Assembly: GCA_019056785.1 (NCBI GenBank)
Contig: DXJV01000091.1
Span: 1 to 52,695, forward strand
Source: Candidatus Heimdallarchaeota archaeon
GTDB lineage: Archaea; Asgardarchaeota; Heimdallarchaeia; JABLTI01
Direction of reading: 5' to 3'
DNA: 52,695 nucleotides
The first letter of the stretch is position 1, and the number at the start of each line of letters is the position of its first letter. Below the pieces are notes generated by a model. The model was given only the letters and a program-made list of their open reading frames with translations, ran no database searches and was not told the DNA's origin. This document shows, in pieces, positions 1-9,744 of the stretch. A program made the position numbers and the translations under genes.

Positions 1-585
1 ACTTTGAGCCATATAGGTCATACGTTTATTGAGATCTCCTTTCATACCATAAACAAGTCCTAAGCAAATGTAGCATTCTGCCCTCTCAAACTTCTCGTTA
101 TTAATTGTATAATACTTAAGACATGTGTTAATGTTGTTAATAGCTTGAGTTAAATTACCTGTAGTTTTAAATATGATGCCTTTTTGATAAAGGAATCTCA
201 TCTTATAACATTCCAATGCTTTCTCATCAAGTGTCATAGGATTAATCAATAAATTCTCTAGTTTAGAAAGCATTCTCTGACTCTTCTGAATATCTCCTAA
301 ATGAGTTAAAGATTCTACAATATTAAAAATGGAATCAATCTGAAGTTCTTCTTTCTCAAATTTCTTACTCCATTCGTATGTTCTCTCTCCAAATTCGAGT
401 GCTTTTTTAAAAAAACCCACAGCATTCAAAATCTTTGCTTTGAAATTTGTAATGAGGATTTTCTCTTCTAGTTGAAGGGTGTTACTTTCCTCTAGTTTCA
501 CTACTTCTTCTAAGGCTAAGTCATAATCTCCTTTTTCAATTAGTTTACTAATAAATTCTCTCTGTTCTAAATTCATAATTGCCAT
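1..585 (-). CDS. TPR-repeat protein (5' part; runs off window start)
   Basis: Not in ORF track. Open minus frame from ATG at 585 (GGGGA upstream): MAIMNLEQREFISKLIEKGDYDLALEEV...KGIIFKTTGNLTQAINNI...AECYICLGLVYGMKGDL, showing TPR-like helical repeats. Divergent from the Arf-like GTPase. Confidence 0.75.
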   Translation of the reverse strand, partial: MAIMNLEQREFISKLIEKGDYDLALEEVVKLEESNTLQLEEKILITNFKAKILNAVGFFKKALEFGERTYEWSKKFEKEELQIDSIFNIVESLTHLGDIQKSQRMLSKLENLLINPMTLDEKALECYKMRFLYQKGIIFKTTGNLTQAINNINTCLKYYTINNEKFERAECYICLGLVYGMKGDLNKRMTYMAQS

Positions 586-712
586 TCTATCATCCCCAAT
601 AGTGCCTTTTCTATTTGGTAATATAAAAGTAATTATTAAGGTAAACTTGCCACATTGTTAAAACTTTAAAAGCAGTAAATTATTAATTAATATATTAATT
701 TGGGGGTTTTCC

Positions 713-1645
713 ATGAGTAAAAAACGCTCTATTGGTTGGCTGAGAAATACTAAATCGATTGTTTTATTGGGACTTGAAAATGCTGGGAAAACAACTCTTT
801 TGAGCCAATGGGTTCGAGGTAGTACTTCAAAAACTACAACTACAATTGGTTTGGATATTGAACATGTTGAGGTTGGTTCTGAAATTTTTAATTTGATTGA
901 TCTTGGAGGACAACAACCCTTCAGGATGACCCTTTGGAAAACATATGCACAAATGGCTAGTGCAATTATCTTTGTCTTTGATATTACCGATCAAGCTAAA
1001 ACCAGCAACGCTGTTAAATGGTTCTGGCAAGTAGCTGAATGGGTTCCTGATAATGTTCCCATAATGTTTTGTGCCAATAAAATTGACTTGAAGAAGGGCA
1101 ACGAGAAAATTGCCATGAGTTTGGAAGAAATCATCACTAATTTCAACCTGAAAAAATTCGGTAGTGATGAGGCAAGGCATTCATTTAGGATTTATGAAAT
1201 CTCTGCCCTTACTGGCGAAAATGTCGAGGTTGCTATGTCATGGCTTTTAAGTCGTTTACAGGTTTCAGAAAAATCCCCAGATCTACGGAAACTAGTCATT
1301 GCAAAATCTGATGGCACAATTGTCACTGAAATTTCATTCATTAACCCTACAGAATTAAATGCTGATACGATGGAAATCAATGAAATTTTGGAACTTAATA
1401 AGAATATCACTACAAAGCAAAATACCATGCAATTTTATGAGAGTAACAATTCCATCAAATTCCTTGTTATGAGCAGCGACTATGTTTGCATTTTAAGTGC
1501 TCGGAAGGATGCAGACTTTAATTCAGTGCGTATTGTTGCAGAGACAATTCTCTCTATGTATCTTACTCAAGTTTCTGATGGTACATTTGATGAAACACTC
1601 TTTCGTGAGCTTATTGTCAACAATTTCGGTAAAACTCTCACTTAA
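713..1645 (+). CDS. Arf-related small GTPase fused to a C-terminal roadblock/longin-like domain
   Basis: G1 GLENAGKTT, G2 TTIG, G3 DLGGQ, LWKTY, G4 NKID and G5 SALTGEN are Arf-like. An extra ~120 aa (LVIAKSDGTIV...) has a roadblock/profilin-like pattern. Confidence 0.85.
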   Translation: MSKKRSIGWLRNTKSIVLLGLENAGKTTLLSQWVRGSTSKTTTTIGLDIEHVEVGSEIFNLIDLGGQQPFRMTLWKTYAQMASAIIFVFDITDQAKTSNAVKWFWQVAEWVPDNVPIMFCANKIDLKKGNEKIAMSLEEIITNFNLKKFGSDEARHSFRIYEISALTGENVEVAMSWLLSRLQVSEKSPDLRKLVIAKSDGTIVTEISFINPTELNADTMEINEILELNKNITTKQNTMQFYESNNSIKFLVMSSDYVCILSARKDADFNSVRIVAETILSMYLTQVSDGTFDETLFRELIVNNFGKTLT

Positions 1646-1767
1646 TATTAATTGTCGCTTTTAGCTTTTTCTCTCTCTCAAGCTACATGAGTGACAGTTC
1701 ACATAAACTTTTTTTATGATAAAGGGTTTTTATTTCAAGTTTAACGAGAAAGGACTGAAATAGTAAA

Positions 1768-3564
1768 ATGGCTGCAATGTGGCTTGGGATTATTTTAATT
1801 CTCCTCCCGTTTGTGAGTGCTTTGCTTTTATTGACTATTGCTAAATGGAAAGCTGATACTACAGGTTTTGTCATGTGGATTTTTGTGATTATTCTTGCTT
1901 TGACTTATTTCAAAACAAATGCAGGTGTCATTTTTCTTGCATCAATTGCTGGTTTCATAAAATCGTACCCCATCGCTTTAATGGTTTGTACAAGTATCTT
2001 TATGATTACTTATATGCAAAAAACGGGTGCTCTAGATAGGATTATTATTGCTTTTAAGACACTTGGTGGGGAAGGGAAGGAACCTTTTCAAATAATGTTT
2101 ATAAACATTGGTCTTGGTTGCTTCTTAGTCTCCATAGGTGCCACTCCAGTAACAATGCTACCACCAATTATGGTTGCCCTAGGGTATTCTTCTATGGCTG
2201 CTGTGGCTCTCCCGGCAATTGGTTATGATCCTTTGACAACATTTGCCTTGCTAGCTATTCCAGCAGTTATTTTTCAATCGGTAATTTCCAAGTTATTTGG
2301 AGGACTTTATCCAAGTCTTGCAGAGTGTGGCTTCATCTTCTCACTTTTTATGCCAATTGTTACAACTGGCATTGCTTTTGGGATGATGTTTATTGCAGGA
2401 GGTAAGAAACTCTTATTTCAAAAAAATACTCTTATCTTTGCAAGTGTTGGAGGGGTAACTGCTGGGGGAACTTCTATCCTTGTGAATGGTTTAGCAAAGC
2501 TCCTAGCTAATGATGGGTTAGTGCAATTAACTGGTTTAATTGTAGGCCTTTTTACTTGTATCATGATGCTCCTCTTGGCAAAAATAATGGGGTATAAAAT
2601 CTTTGACCGATCAAACCTTACTGAAGCAGATCTGGAGATTGAAAAGAAAATGCCTTTATGGAAAGCATTAATGCCCTGGATTATCCTTGTGGTTCTTTGT
2701 GGGGTTACTAATTTTGTTCCACAAATTCATAGTTATTTATTTAACACGCTCGCAATGAACATTAAAATCAGCGGAGCAAATCCAATCCCTCTTCGAGTAT
2801 TTTGGAATGCTTGGTTCTGGGTGATTATTGCAACTGTTATTTCCATGCCTTTCTTAGGAGTGAAAAAGGGCATATTAAAAGACTCGCTACGCACTTGGGC
2901 TAAACGAGCCATTCGTCCTGTTTTTTCAGCAGCAATTTTCTTTTCTATTGCATTTGTTATGAATTGGTCTGGAGCAACAGGAGCTATTGATAGTGCCACA
3001 GGGTTATGGATTCGCCTTCCTGAAAATAATATGATAACATTACTTGCAGATATAAGTGCAATTGTCTTTGGTAATTTTTATCCTTTAATCGTTCCATTTA
3101 TTGGTCTTTTGGGTGGCTTTGTCAGCGGGAGTGAAACATCGGCTATCGCCATGTTTACTCAGTACCAATTTACCACCGGAAAAAACCTTGGATTATTGGA
3201 CAAGAGTATTGTAGTTTTAGGTGCTGCGAATGGTGTTGGTGGTGGTCTTGCAAGTGTATTGAGCCCGGCAAAAATACAAAATGCTACAGCAGTGATTGAT
3301 AAGCAAGGAATTGAAGGAGATGTCATCAAAAAAACTTCCCCAATTGCATTGCTAATGACCACTTCTGTTGCAGTGCTCACTCTTTGCTGGGTGAATCGTT
3401 ACGCATGGTACTATTGGATTGCAGCTTTTGCAGCAGAAATTTGTCTTTTATTAATTCTCTATTTACTTGTTATGGGCGTCCAAAAACTACTCAAGAAACG
3501 AACCGCCCTTAAACAAACTGCACAAGCTACAGCAGAAGAGAAAAAGGAGGAAGAAAGCAAATGA
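1768..3564 (+). CDS. lctP: L-lactate permease family transporter
   Basis: Polytopic membrane protein with LctP-type motifs GLLGGFVSGSETSAIAMF and GGGLASVLSPAKI. Confidence 0.8.
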   Translation: MAAMWLGIILILLPFVSALLLLTIAKWKADTTGFVMWIFVIILALTYFKTNAGVIFLASIAGFIKSYPIALMVCTSIFMITYMQKTGALDRIIIAFKTLGGEGKEPFQIMFINIGLGCFLVSIGATPVTMLPPIMVALGYSSMAAVALPAIGYDPLTTFALLAIPAVIFQSVISKLFGGLYPSLAECGFIFSLFMPIVTTGIAFGMMFIAGGKKLLFQKNTLIFASVGGVTAGGTSILVNGLAKLLANDGLVQLTGLIVGLFTCIMMLLLAKIMGYKIFDRSNLTEADLEIEKKMPLWKALMPWIILVVLCGVTNFVPQIHSYLFNTLAMNIKISGANPIPLRVFWNAWFWVIIATVISMPFLGVKKGILKDSLRTWAKRAIRPVFSAAIFFSIAFVMNWSGATGAIDSATGLWIRLPENNMITLLADISAIVFGNFYPLIVPFIGLLGGFVSGSETSAIAMFTQYQFTTGKNLGLLDKSIVVLGAANGVGGGLASVLSPAKIQNATAVIDKQGIEGDVIKKTSPIALLMTTSVAVLTLCWVNRYAWYYWIAAFAAEICLLLILYLLVMGVQKLLKKRTALKQTAQATAEEKKEEESK

Positions 3565-3701
3565 TAGCAGAGATTCTTGCGTATATATCTGTCGGTATCA
3601 TCACACTTGCCTGGCTTATTGTAGTTATACACTCGATGGTGAAGACTTTAATGGCTAAAAGAAAAGCAAAACAAACTACTAGTGGTGAAGAACTTGAATG
3701 A
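3561..3701 (+). CDS. 46-aa single-TM microprotein
   Basis: ATGA overlap with the lctP stop and GGAGG upstream. Sequence MIAEILAYISVGIITLAWLIVVIHSMVKTLMAKRKAKQTTSGEELE (hydrophobic helix plus basic tail). Confidence 0.65.
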   Translation: MIAEILAYISVGIITLAWLIVVIHSMVKTLMAKRKAKQTTSGEELE

Positions 3702-3828
3702 GATTGCAACTTTAGCAGTAACAATTGTAGGAATTAGCATCATTTTGGCGACAGTTGGGATTATGTTTTTCTTTATCATTGAAGACTTGGTAAAAACTTT
3801 GCTAAAAAAGCAAGAAAAAATCAATTGA
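3694..3828 (+). CDS. 44-aa single-TM microprotein
   Basis: TTG start with GGTGA upstream, overlapping the previous stop. Sequence MNEIATLAVTIVGISIILATVGIMFFFIIEDLVKTLLKKQEKIN. Confidence 0.6.
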   Translation: MNEIATLAVTIVGISIILATVGIMFFFIIEDLVKTLLKKQEKIN

Positions 3829-3871
3829 TAATAAAAAAGAGTGGAGAAGTTTAGGGAAAAGAGAACGAAGT

Positions 3872-6800
3872 TCACCATTTTTCGCTAATTTCTCTGATCC
3901 AAATAGTTGATGCTTTTTCGGCTGCAATTCTAAATGTTTCATTATCGCCTTGTGTACCACTATCTATAGCATTTACAAGTTCTTTTGAGATGGTGAAAAG
4001 TGACTGTATCACAGGATTAATCTGTTCTGGGAGGTTCTCAGATGTCAAGAGTATTTCTAATTTCTCGAGTAATTTTGCATTTAACTCTCGTGTCATGTCA
4101 AAATCTCGCTCAAGTATTGCACTAAGTGCTTGCTGGGTTTCCTGGATTAATTGAATAAATACTTGTTGCATTTCCGGCTCAAGTTTTGCGATCAATTGTT
4201 CTATGGAATCCACTTGTATGCGTTCTTTCGGCAGTGTTTCTTCTTGAATTGCTGGTGTCGTTTCCTCAGCCATCTCTATTGGTTGTTGTGGCGGTTCCTC
4301 TTTTACTAAAGGTTGCTGATAGCTTTCTTCTGTTGTTGTGGTATACTCTTGTGCTGGTGGTTGATATTCTTGTTGAGTTGAATACTCTGCAAATTCAGAT
4401 GATAATTCTACTTCCTCGTACTCACTTTCATCAATAAGCTCTGCTGTGTCGCTAATGCCAAAGTGGACCTGTACTAAGATATTCGCTCCTGGGAAGGTAT
4501 TAGGTGTTATCAGTAAATCTTCTTGCTGAAGGATTTCACCATAATCCTGTTCAAAGGCTTTAGTGAATTCCAAGATCTTCTGTTTGTGGATTGGCTTTAT
4601 CTTGTTGACCATCAAAACTGAATCACCATAATTCCCAGGGCAAATAAGCACTTTTTTATCACCAATGTCTACGCTTTGGATTTTCATCTTGGATTTTTCC
4701 CCAGTTATCTCTTCCAACACACCGCGAATACCGGTCATTGCCCCTCCAAAGAGTAAATCACCTTTTACCAATTCAGGTTTATTCATCATATAGACACAAG
4801 GTAGACCGTTTAAAATATAAGCGATAGTAATGATCTCATTTTTCCATCCTAAATTCATCACTCGTTTACGGATGGCAACACTAAGAACAATGATTAGAAT
4901 AATAAAGAGTACTACTCCGGCGGCTATATAAATTAGGTTGTTTCCTTGCAAAATCCAAGGAATAATTGTTTTTTCTGTCAAAGATACTTGATAATTGTGA
5001 ATTAAAGTATTCCCTGCCAGGTCACTTACAATTACTTGGATAGTATAATCAGCCAAAGGTATTTGGACAATACTAAAGGTGATGCTATATACGCCTAAAG
5101 TTGGTGTGCTTGTATTTGTCGGTGTAAGGAGAAAACTTTGGTTAATTTCACTATTCATAATTCGGATTGAAACTGTTTGTAATCCAACATTATCATTAAC
5201 AGTTATTGTTATTGTAAAGTTTGTTGTGCCAGGCTCAAATTCAATTTTTACCGGTTCACCCCCGCTGCCATTACTAAGTGATTGGTCATTGATTAAAATG
5301 CCAAGAACATTTGGTGTCTGAGCATCGACAATGATTGTTTGTTCTAAAAGGGTTTCTCGTTTTTGAGAATCTTCAACAACAATAATCAAAGTATGACTTC
5401 CTTCACTAGCAGTATAGTGTGTTGATGCCAAGATAGCGAACTCGAGTGCAAATGGTTGGGTTTGTATGCTTGCCGAGTAATCATAAGTATAAATTTTAGC
5501 CCCGTCAATAAAAATGGTTATTCCTTGGACGCCGATCTGCGGTTCTGAAATTGTCAATTCTACGCCGAATGAACCGGTATTTGTGTAGTAGGGGTTTGAG
5601 AGATTGACTGAAAAGGTTGGTAGTAAGAGATACAATTGGAGCACGATTTTTTCCTGGGCTATGTTTGTGGCAAAATCTTCGGCTTGAATAGTAATCGTTA
5701 CCACACTTGTTGTTGTATTTAAGAACAGATATTGCTCTGTTTGACTGCTTGACCAATTATAATACGCAATACCATCAACAAATATTGTAAATCTTTTAAC
5801 GCCACTTCCAGAGTCGTCCCCGGTCCAGACGAGATAAATAGTTGAATCATAAATCATTGAATTATTTGCTGGGTTACTTATCGAAATTACCGGTCCTTGC
5901 TGGTCGATTGTTATCCAACACATGGCAGAATAATTAACTCCTGTAGTGATTGCCATAACGGTCAAGTTGTATAAAGGATATTCATCTAAGGGAATTGGTC
6001 CAAAATTAACTAATAGATTAGTTGTGGTATTATCATTTATCGTATAATTGATTGTACCATTAATGTAAATGATAAATCCTTGTAAATTAGTGAGGTCATT
6101 CCAATCCCAACTGACAGCTACATCTGTTGTGGAGGAGAAATAATGATCAGACACAGGAAAAGTAATAATCAATTGTGCCAATGACGCGACTCTGTTTACA
6201 AAGATAGTATCACTTGTTGTATGATTTAACATATCGAGTGCCCGAACAGTAATGGTATAACTCTTTACAGTCGGAAGTGTAATCGTCGCATATGTTTGAT
6301 CTTCATTTGTAATGGTTGTTTGAAGAGTTCCATCAACATAAATTTGATACTCACGCAAGCCCGCGCCTGCATCGTAGCTCTCCCAATTAAGATTGATGTA
6401 ATCGAAACTTGTATTATAATTATTTACCGGCTTCAAAATGTTGACATAGGGTCCCACTCGGTCAACAATTAGCGTTATAACATCTTCTTTACTATTTCCT
6501 GCAAGGTCAAAGGCAGTTGCTGAAACAACCTTATACCCATCATCCACAAGATCTATAACAGCAGATGTATCTAATCCGGAATACGCCGGTGCACCATTGA
6601 CTGTTATTTCGGTATGATCGATTCCTGTGCCGTCAAAATTATCTGCTACGGTCCATTCTAAAAGAATGCTCGTTGTTTCAATAACAGCATAATCCAAATG
6701 AGAGGTTATCTCGATTGTCGGGGCAATTGAATCTTTTGTTATCGTTATCGTTGCAGAGTTGCTGTTTCCTGCCCGATCAAATGCCCAAACAGCAATTGTA

Positions 6801-9556
6801 TATTGGGCATCTATACCAAGAGTAACAATGAATGAACTGGAAGATGTGGTTCCATTAAGAACACCATTAAGGAATATTTGATAATAGTCAATGCCACTTA
6901 AAGCGTCACTACCAGACCACTGTACTTGAACTGTTGCCAGTTTAACAGCTGCACCATCCAAAGGAGTGATAATAGTAATTGTAGGGTTAGTGAGGTCTCG
7001 AATAATGAAAATCGTATCTCTTCCCGTGTTAAGTGCCAAGTCAACCGCAATAACAGTAATATTAAAAATCCCTTCATCTAAGCCAAGAGCAACAAAATCA
7101 ATTACTTGGCTATTAGTAGAATTGGTATATACAGGAAAAGAACTATTAATATAAATATCATAATGATCAAAATCGCCATTTTTATCTGAATAGGTGAGCA
7201 GCAGAGTAACTGTGTCTTTATTTGTTACATAATTGTTGCTCGGTTGAAGTATAGTTACTTCTGGTGAAGCAAGATTAATGGTAACAGTAATTGAAGCAGT
7301 ATCGAACTTGCCAGTAATTCCTGTCCCATTAACAAGAATGGTGTTCTGCCCTTCTAACAAGGGCAGGAGAATTCCTCTTTGCGCTCCCCCGGTACGGGCA
7401 TAAAATGTTCCGTTAATATAAATATCAAAATGATGGAGGGTATAACTATCAACAGCGGACCATTGAACAAAAACATTTGGATCCTTTTTAACTGAACCAT
7501 CACTTGGAGATGTAATGGTTACTACCGGTGAAGCGGATTTTCCAAGGCTGATAATTTGCCCATAGGTATCACCAACGAAGAGTTCTGTTTCGCCATCTTT
7601 ATCTAAATCGACTAACTGAATGGCTCCTCTCTTTCCAACGGTATCGCCAATGTCGCCGGACCATTCAATAGTGTAGGAAAGATTATCAGAGCCTGTGTCT
7701 GTGACGTTCATTATGTAGAGGGTTCCATTACTTGCACCAAAAATTAATTCATTTGCACCATCGCCGTCGATATCACCAATTGCAGCACCGCCGCCCATGA
7801 TCGGTTTATTGGTATTATTTATGAGAAATTCAATGGGGGGGTTAGCATTAGAAAAGGTATTGTTCCTAAATACCCGCAAATAATTTCTACCTACGAAAAC
7901 ACTTTCATTTACCCCGTTGTTGTCAACATCTCCTACTAGAATTGTATGGATAAATTGATCCTTAGTTGTGGTTGATGACCCTCCAGAGAGGTCATCTTGT
8001 TGATTGTCTTCAAATATTGAAAAAAAACCGCTATTTTCGAAAATTTGTACTCCTACTAAGGATAAATTATCTCTATTATCATATTGTGCTGCTGTTAAAA
8101 GTTCCAATTTGTTGTCATTATCCATATCACCAATTTGCACAGCATGATACCCTGAAGCTTTGCTTCCAAAAATGTTGGGCAGATCATTGGCAGTTAAACT
8201 GTCTTGCAAGCTAAAAGTATCAGAAGCACTATCATAATTAATAATAAATATGCACGCATCTACAAATGTGGTCCGGTGGGCACTAACAACAATTTGAGGT
8301 TCATTGCCTAAGTTTAAGATATCGCCTATGGCTATAAAGCCCATAAGATTTCTAGCAGCAGTAAAAATATATTCAGAAGTATCGAAATCTTGAGTTGTAG
8401 CATTCCAATCCGTAAACCGAAGTATTCGATGGGTATTACTTACAATATAGATTTCATCTTCACCGTTGCCATCAAAATCATAGGTGGCAATTCCTAGGGG
8501 TTTGATCATTTTCGATTGATGAGCTGTTGTCCAGGACGCCCATATGCGAGTAAATTCATTACTTATATAATCATAAATTGCCAGAAGATTCTCACTTCCG
8601 GTGACGGTGCTATTTGACCCCACAATTAATTCTTGATCGCCATTCCCATCAATATCTCCCAATGCAAGAAAAGTTGCATTATTCCACCCAAGAACACCAT
8701 CTTTAATGTTCGTATTTTCTTCAATTATATATTGGGTATATGCTGTTTCTTCCCCAAGATAGAGGTCACCCCATTTGTTCGCCTCTTCCCGGATTTCTGA
8801 AGGGCTGCTACTAACAAAGGGCCAAGTAATTGTTGCAGAAAGACTTAAGAAATTATCAAATCCTTCACAAGCGAAGCCTAATATTTCACCCGGAGACTTT
8901 AATAGTAAACTTAAAGGAAACCTAATCTCGTATTGTCGATGATTCGCGCTGTTAAAATAAGAGGAACCAAAAGCGCTATTGATAAGGATTTTTGAATTTG
9001 TTAGGGGGGTACCAAGAACACCATTTTCCAATTCGCTCCATTGTCTCGAGGATTCAGAATAGCCTTTTAGTAAAACAAATTGCCCTGTGTTCCCAGTGAG
9101 CGAGGTATTGTCAATAAATAGTATTTGTCGGTCACCTGTAGTTAAAATACCATTATGATCTAAATCAAAATAAAGTGCCATTCCCCAAGGATTAGCTGGT
9201 GTCTGAACAAGGTAATCGGTCATGTCTAACCCAAAAAAGAAGTAGCTATTATTATTTTGAATGAGTAATTTACCCGTTACAGTTTGTGTGTTATCATACA
9301 ATGAATAAACAGCTGCTCCGGACCACTCGGCTGCAATATTTGTTAGATTAAAGTTAATCAACCCATCAATTACTGGAGCAGTATTATTCCACAACGAGAA
9401 TAGCTCCAGTGGTTCGGCATTTTTTGAATGGGCATCACCAAAATTACTCGGTGAGGTATAAATTAAAATAGTAAAAATAGTTGAAATGCAAATTACTGCA
9501 AGAATTAATGAACTCTTTATTTGATATTTTTTAAATAATAATTTTCCGGTGGTCAT
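3872..9556 (-). CDS. Giant type-I membrane protein: DOMON/CBM9-like domain, seven FG-GAP-like repeats, Ig-like repeats, TM, cytoplasmic longin-like domain, acidic linker, helical C-domain
   Basis: Likely start ATG 9556 (GGAG upstream). Hydrophobic N-terminal signal, seven FG-GAP-like repeats (most with DxDx(D/N)G-type loops), repeated PxVxIxxP Ig units, TM LIYIAAGVVLFIILIIVLSVAI followed by RKR, longin-like LFGGAMTGIRGVLEEI...IQSVDIGDKKVLI. Confidence 0.85.
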   Translation of the reverse strand: MTTGKLLFKKYQIKSSLILAVICISTIFTILIYTSPSNFGDAHSKNAEPLELFSLWNNTAPVIDGLINFNLTNIAAEWSGAAVYSLYDNTQTVTGKLLIQNNNSYFFFGLDMTDYLVQTPANPWGMALYFDLDHNGILTTGDRQILFIDNTSLTGNTGQFVLLKGYSESSRQWSELENGVLGTPLTNSKILINSAFGSSYFNSANHRQYEIRFPLSLLLKSPGEILGFACEGFDNFLSLSATITWPFVSSSPSEIREEANKWGDLYLGEETAYTQYIIEENTNIKDGVLGWNNATFLALGDIDGNGDQELIVGSNSTVTGSENLLAIYDYISNEFTRIWASWTTAHQSKMIKPLGIATYDFDGNGEDEIYIVSNTHRILRFTDWNATTQDFDTSEYIFTAARNLMGFIAIGDILNLGNEPQIVVSAHRTTFVDACIFIINYDSASDTFSLQDSLTANDLPNIFGSKASGYHAVQIGDMDNDNKLELLTAAQYDNRDNLSLVGVQIFENSGFFSIFEDNQQDDLSGGSSTTTKDQFIHTILVGDVDNNGVNESVFVGRNYLRVFRNNTFSNANPPIEFLINNTNKPIMGGGAAIGDIDGDGANELIFGASNGTLYIMNVTDTGSDNLSYTIEWSGDIGDTVGKRGAIQLVDLDKDGETELFVGDTYGQIISLGKSASPVVTITSPSDGSVKKDPNVFVQWSAVDSYTLHHFDIYINGTFYARTGGAQRGILLPLLEGQNTILVNGTGITGKFDTASITVTINLASPEVTILQPSNNYVTNKDTVTLLLTYSDKNGDFDHYDIYINSSFPVYTNSTNSQVIDFVALGLDEGIFNITVIAVDLALNTGRDTIFIIRDLTNPTITIITPLDGAAVKLATVQVQWSGSDALSGIDYYQIFLNGVLNGTTSSSSFIVTLGIDAQYTIAVWAFDRAGNSNSATITITKDSIAPTIEITSHLDYAVIETTSILLEWTVADNFDGTGIDHTEITVNGAPAYSGLDTSAVIDLVDDGYKVVSATAFDLAGNSKEDVITLIVDRVGPYVNILKPVNNYNTSFDYINLNWESYDAGAGLREYQIYVDGTLQTTITNEDQTYATITLPTVKSYTITVRALDMLNHTTSDTIFVNRVASLAQLIITFPVSDHYFSSTTDVAVSWDWNDLTNLQGFIIYINGTINYTINDNTTTNLLVNFGPIPLDEYPLYNLTVMAITTGVNYSAMCWITIDQQGPVISISNPANNSMIYDSTIYLVWTGDDSGSGVKRFTIFVDGIAYYNWSSSQTEQYLFLNTTTSVVTITIQAEDFATNIAQEKIVLQLYLLLPTFSVNLSNPYYTNTGSFGVELTISEPQIGVQGITIFIDGAKIYTYDYSASIQTQPFALEFAILASTHYTASEGSHTLIIVVEDSQKRETLLEQTIIVDAQTPNVLGILINDQSLSNGSGGEPVKIEFEPGTTNFTITITVNDNVGLQTVSIRIMNSEINQSFLLTPTNTSTPTLGVYSITFSIVQIPLADYTIQVIVSDLAGNTLIHNYQVSLTEKTIIPWILQGNNLIYIAAGVVLFIILIIVLSVAIRKRVMNLGWKNEIITIAYILNGLPCVYMMNKPELVKGDLLFGGAMTGIRGVLEEITGEKSKMKIQSVDIGDKKVLICPGNYGDSVLMVNKIKPIHKQKILEFTKAFEQDYGEILQQEDLLITPNTFPGANILVQVHFGISDTAELIDESEYEEVELSSEFAEYSTQQEYQPPAQEYTTTTEESYQQPLVKEEPPQQPIEMAEETTPAIQEETLPKERIQVDSIEQLIAKLEPEMQQVFIQLIQETQQALSAILERDFDMTRELNAKLLEKLEILLTSENLPEQINPVIQSLFTISKELVNAIDSGTQGDNETFRIAAEKASTIWIREISEKW
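7570..8670 (-). repeat. Seven FG-GAP/VCBS-like repeats (predicted 7-bladed beta-propeller)
   Basis: GDIDGNGDQELIVG, YDFDGNGEDEIYIV, GDILNLGNEPQIVV, GDMDNDNKLELLTA, GDVDNNGVNESVFVG, GDIDGDGANELIFG, VDLDKDGETELFVG. Boundaries approximate. Confidence 0.8.
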
Positions 9557-9744
9557 TGGAAATTCTCCGGTTTCTATATTGGAATTTTTTACTTTAAATA
9601 GAAACAAATTCAAAATTATTTTGTTCTTTCTTTATGTAAGCTTTTCTATGAATAATTAATACCTTTTTGGTAGACGCAAAAAAGGAAAAAGAGTTATGAA
9701 AGCAGTTGAGTCTTCACTACCACTTGCAAATAAGGATAGAAATT

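Noticed and set aside
9557-9613. TTG-start N-terminal extension of the giant protein (similarly at 22739, 28000 and 37242)
   Set aside because: Downstream ATGs have better RBS/TATA context and give sensible N-termini.
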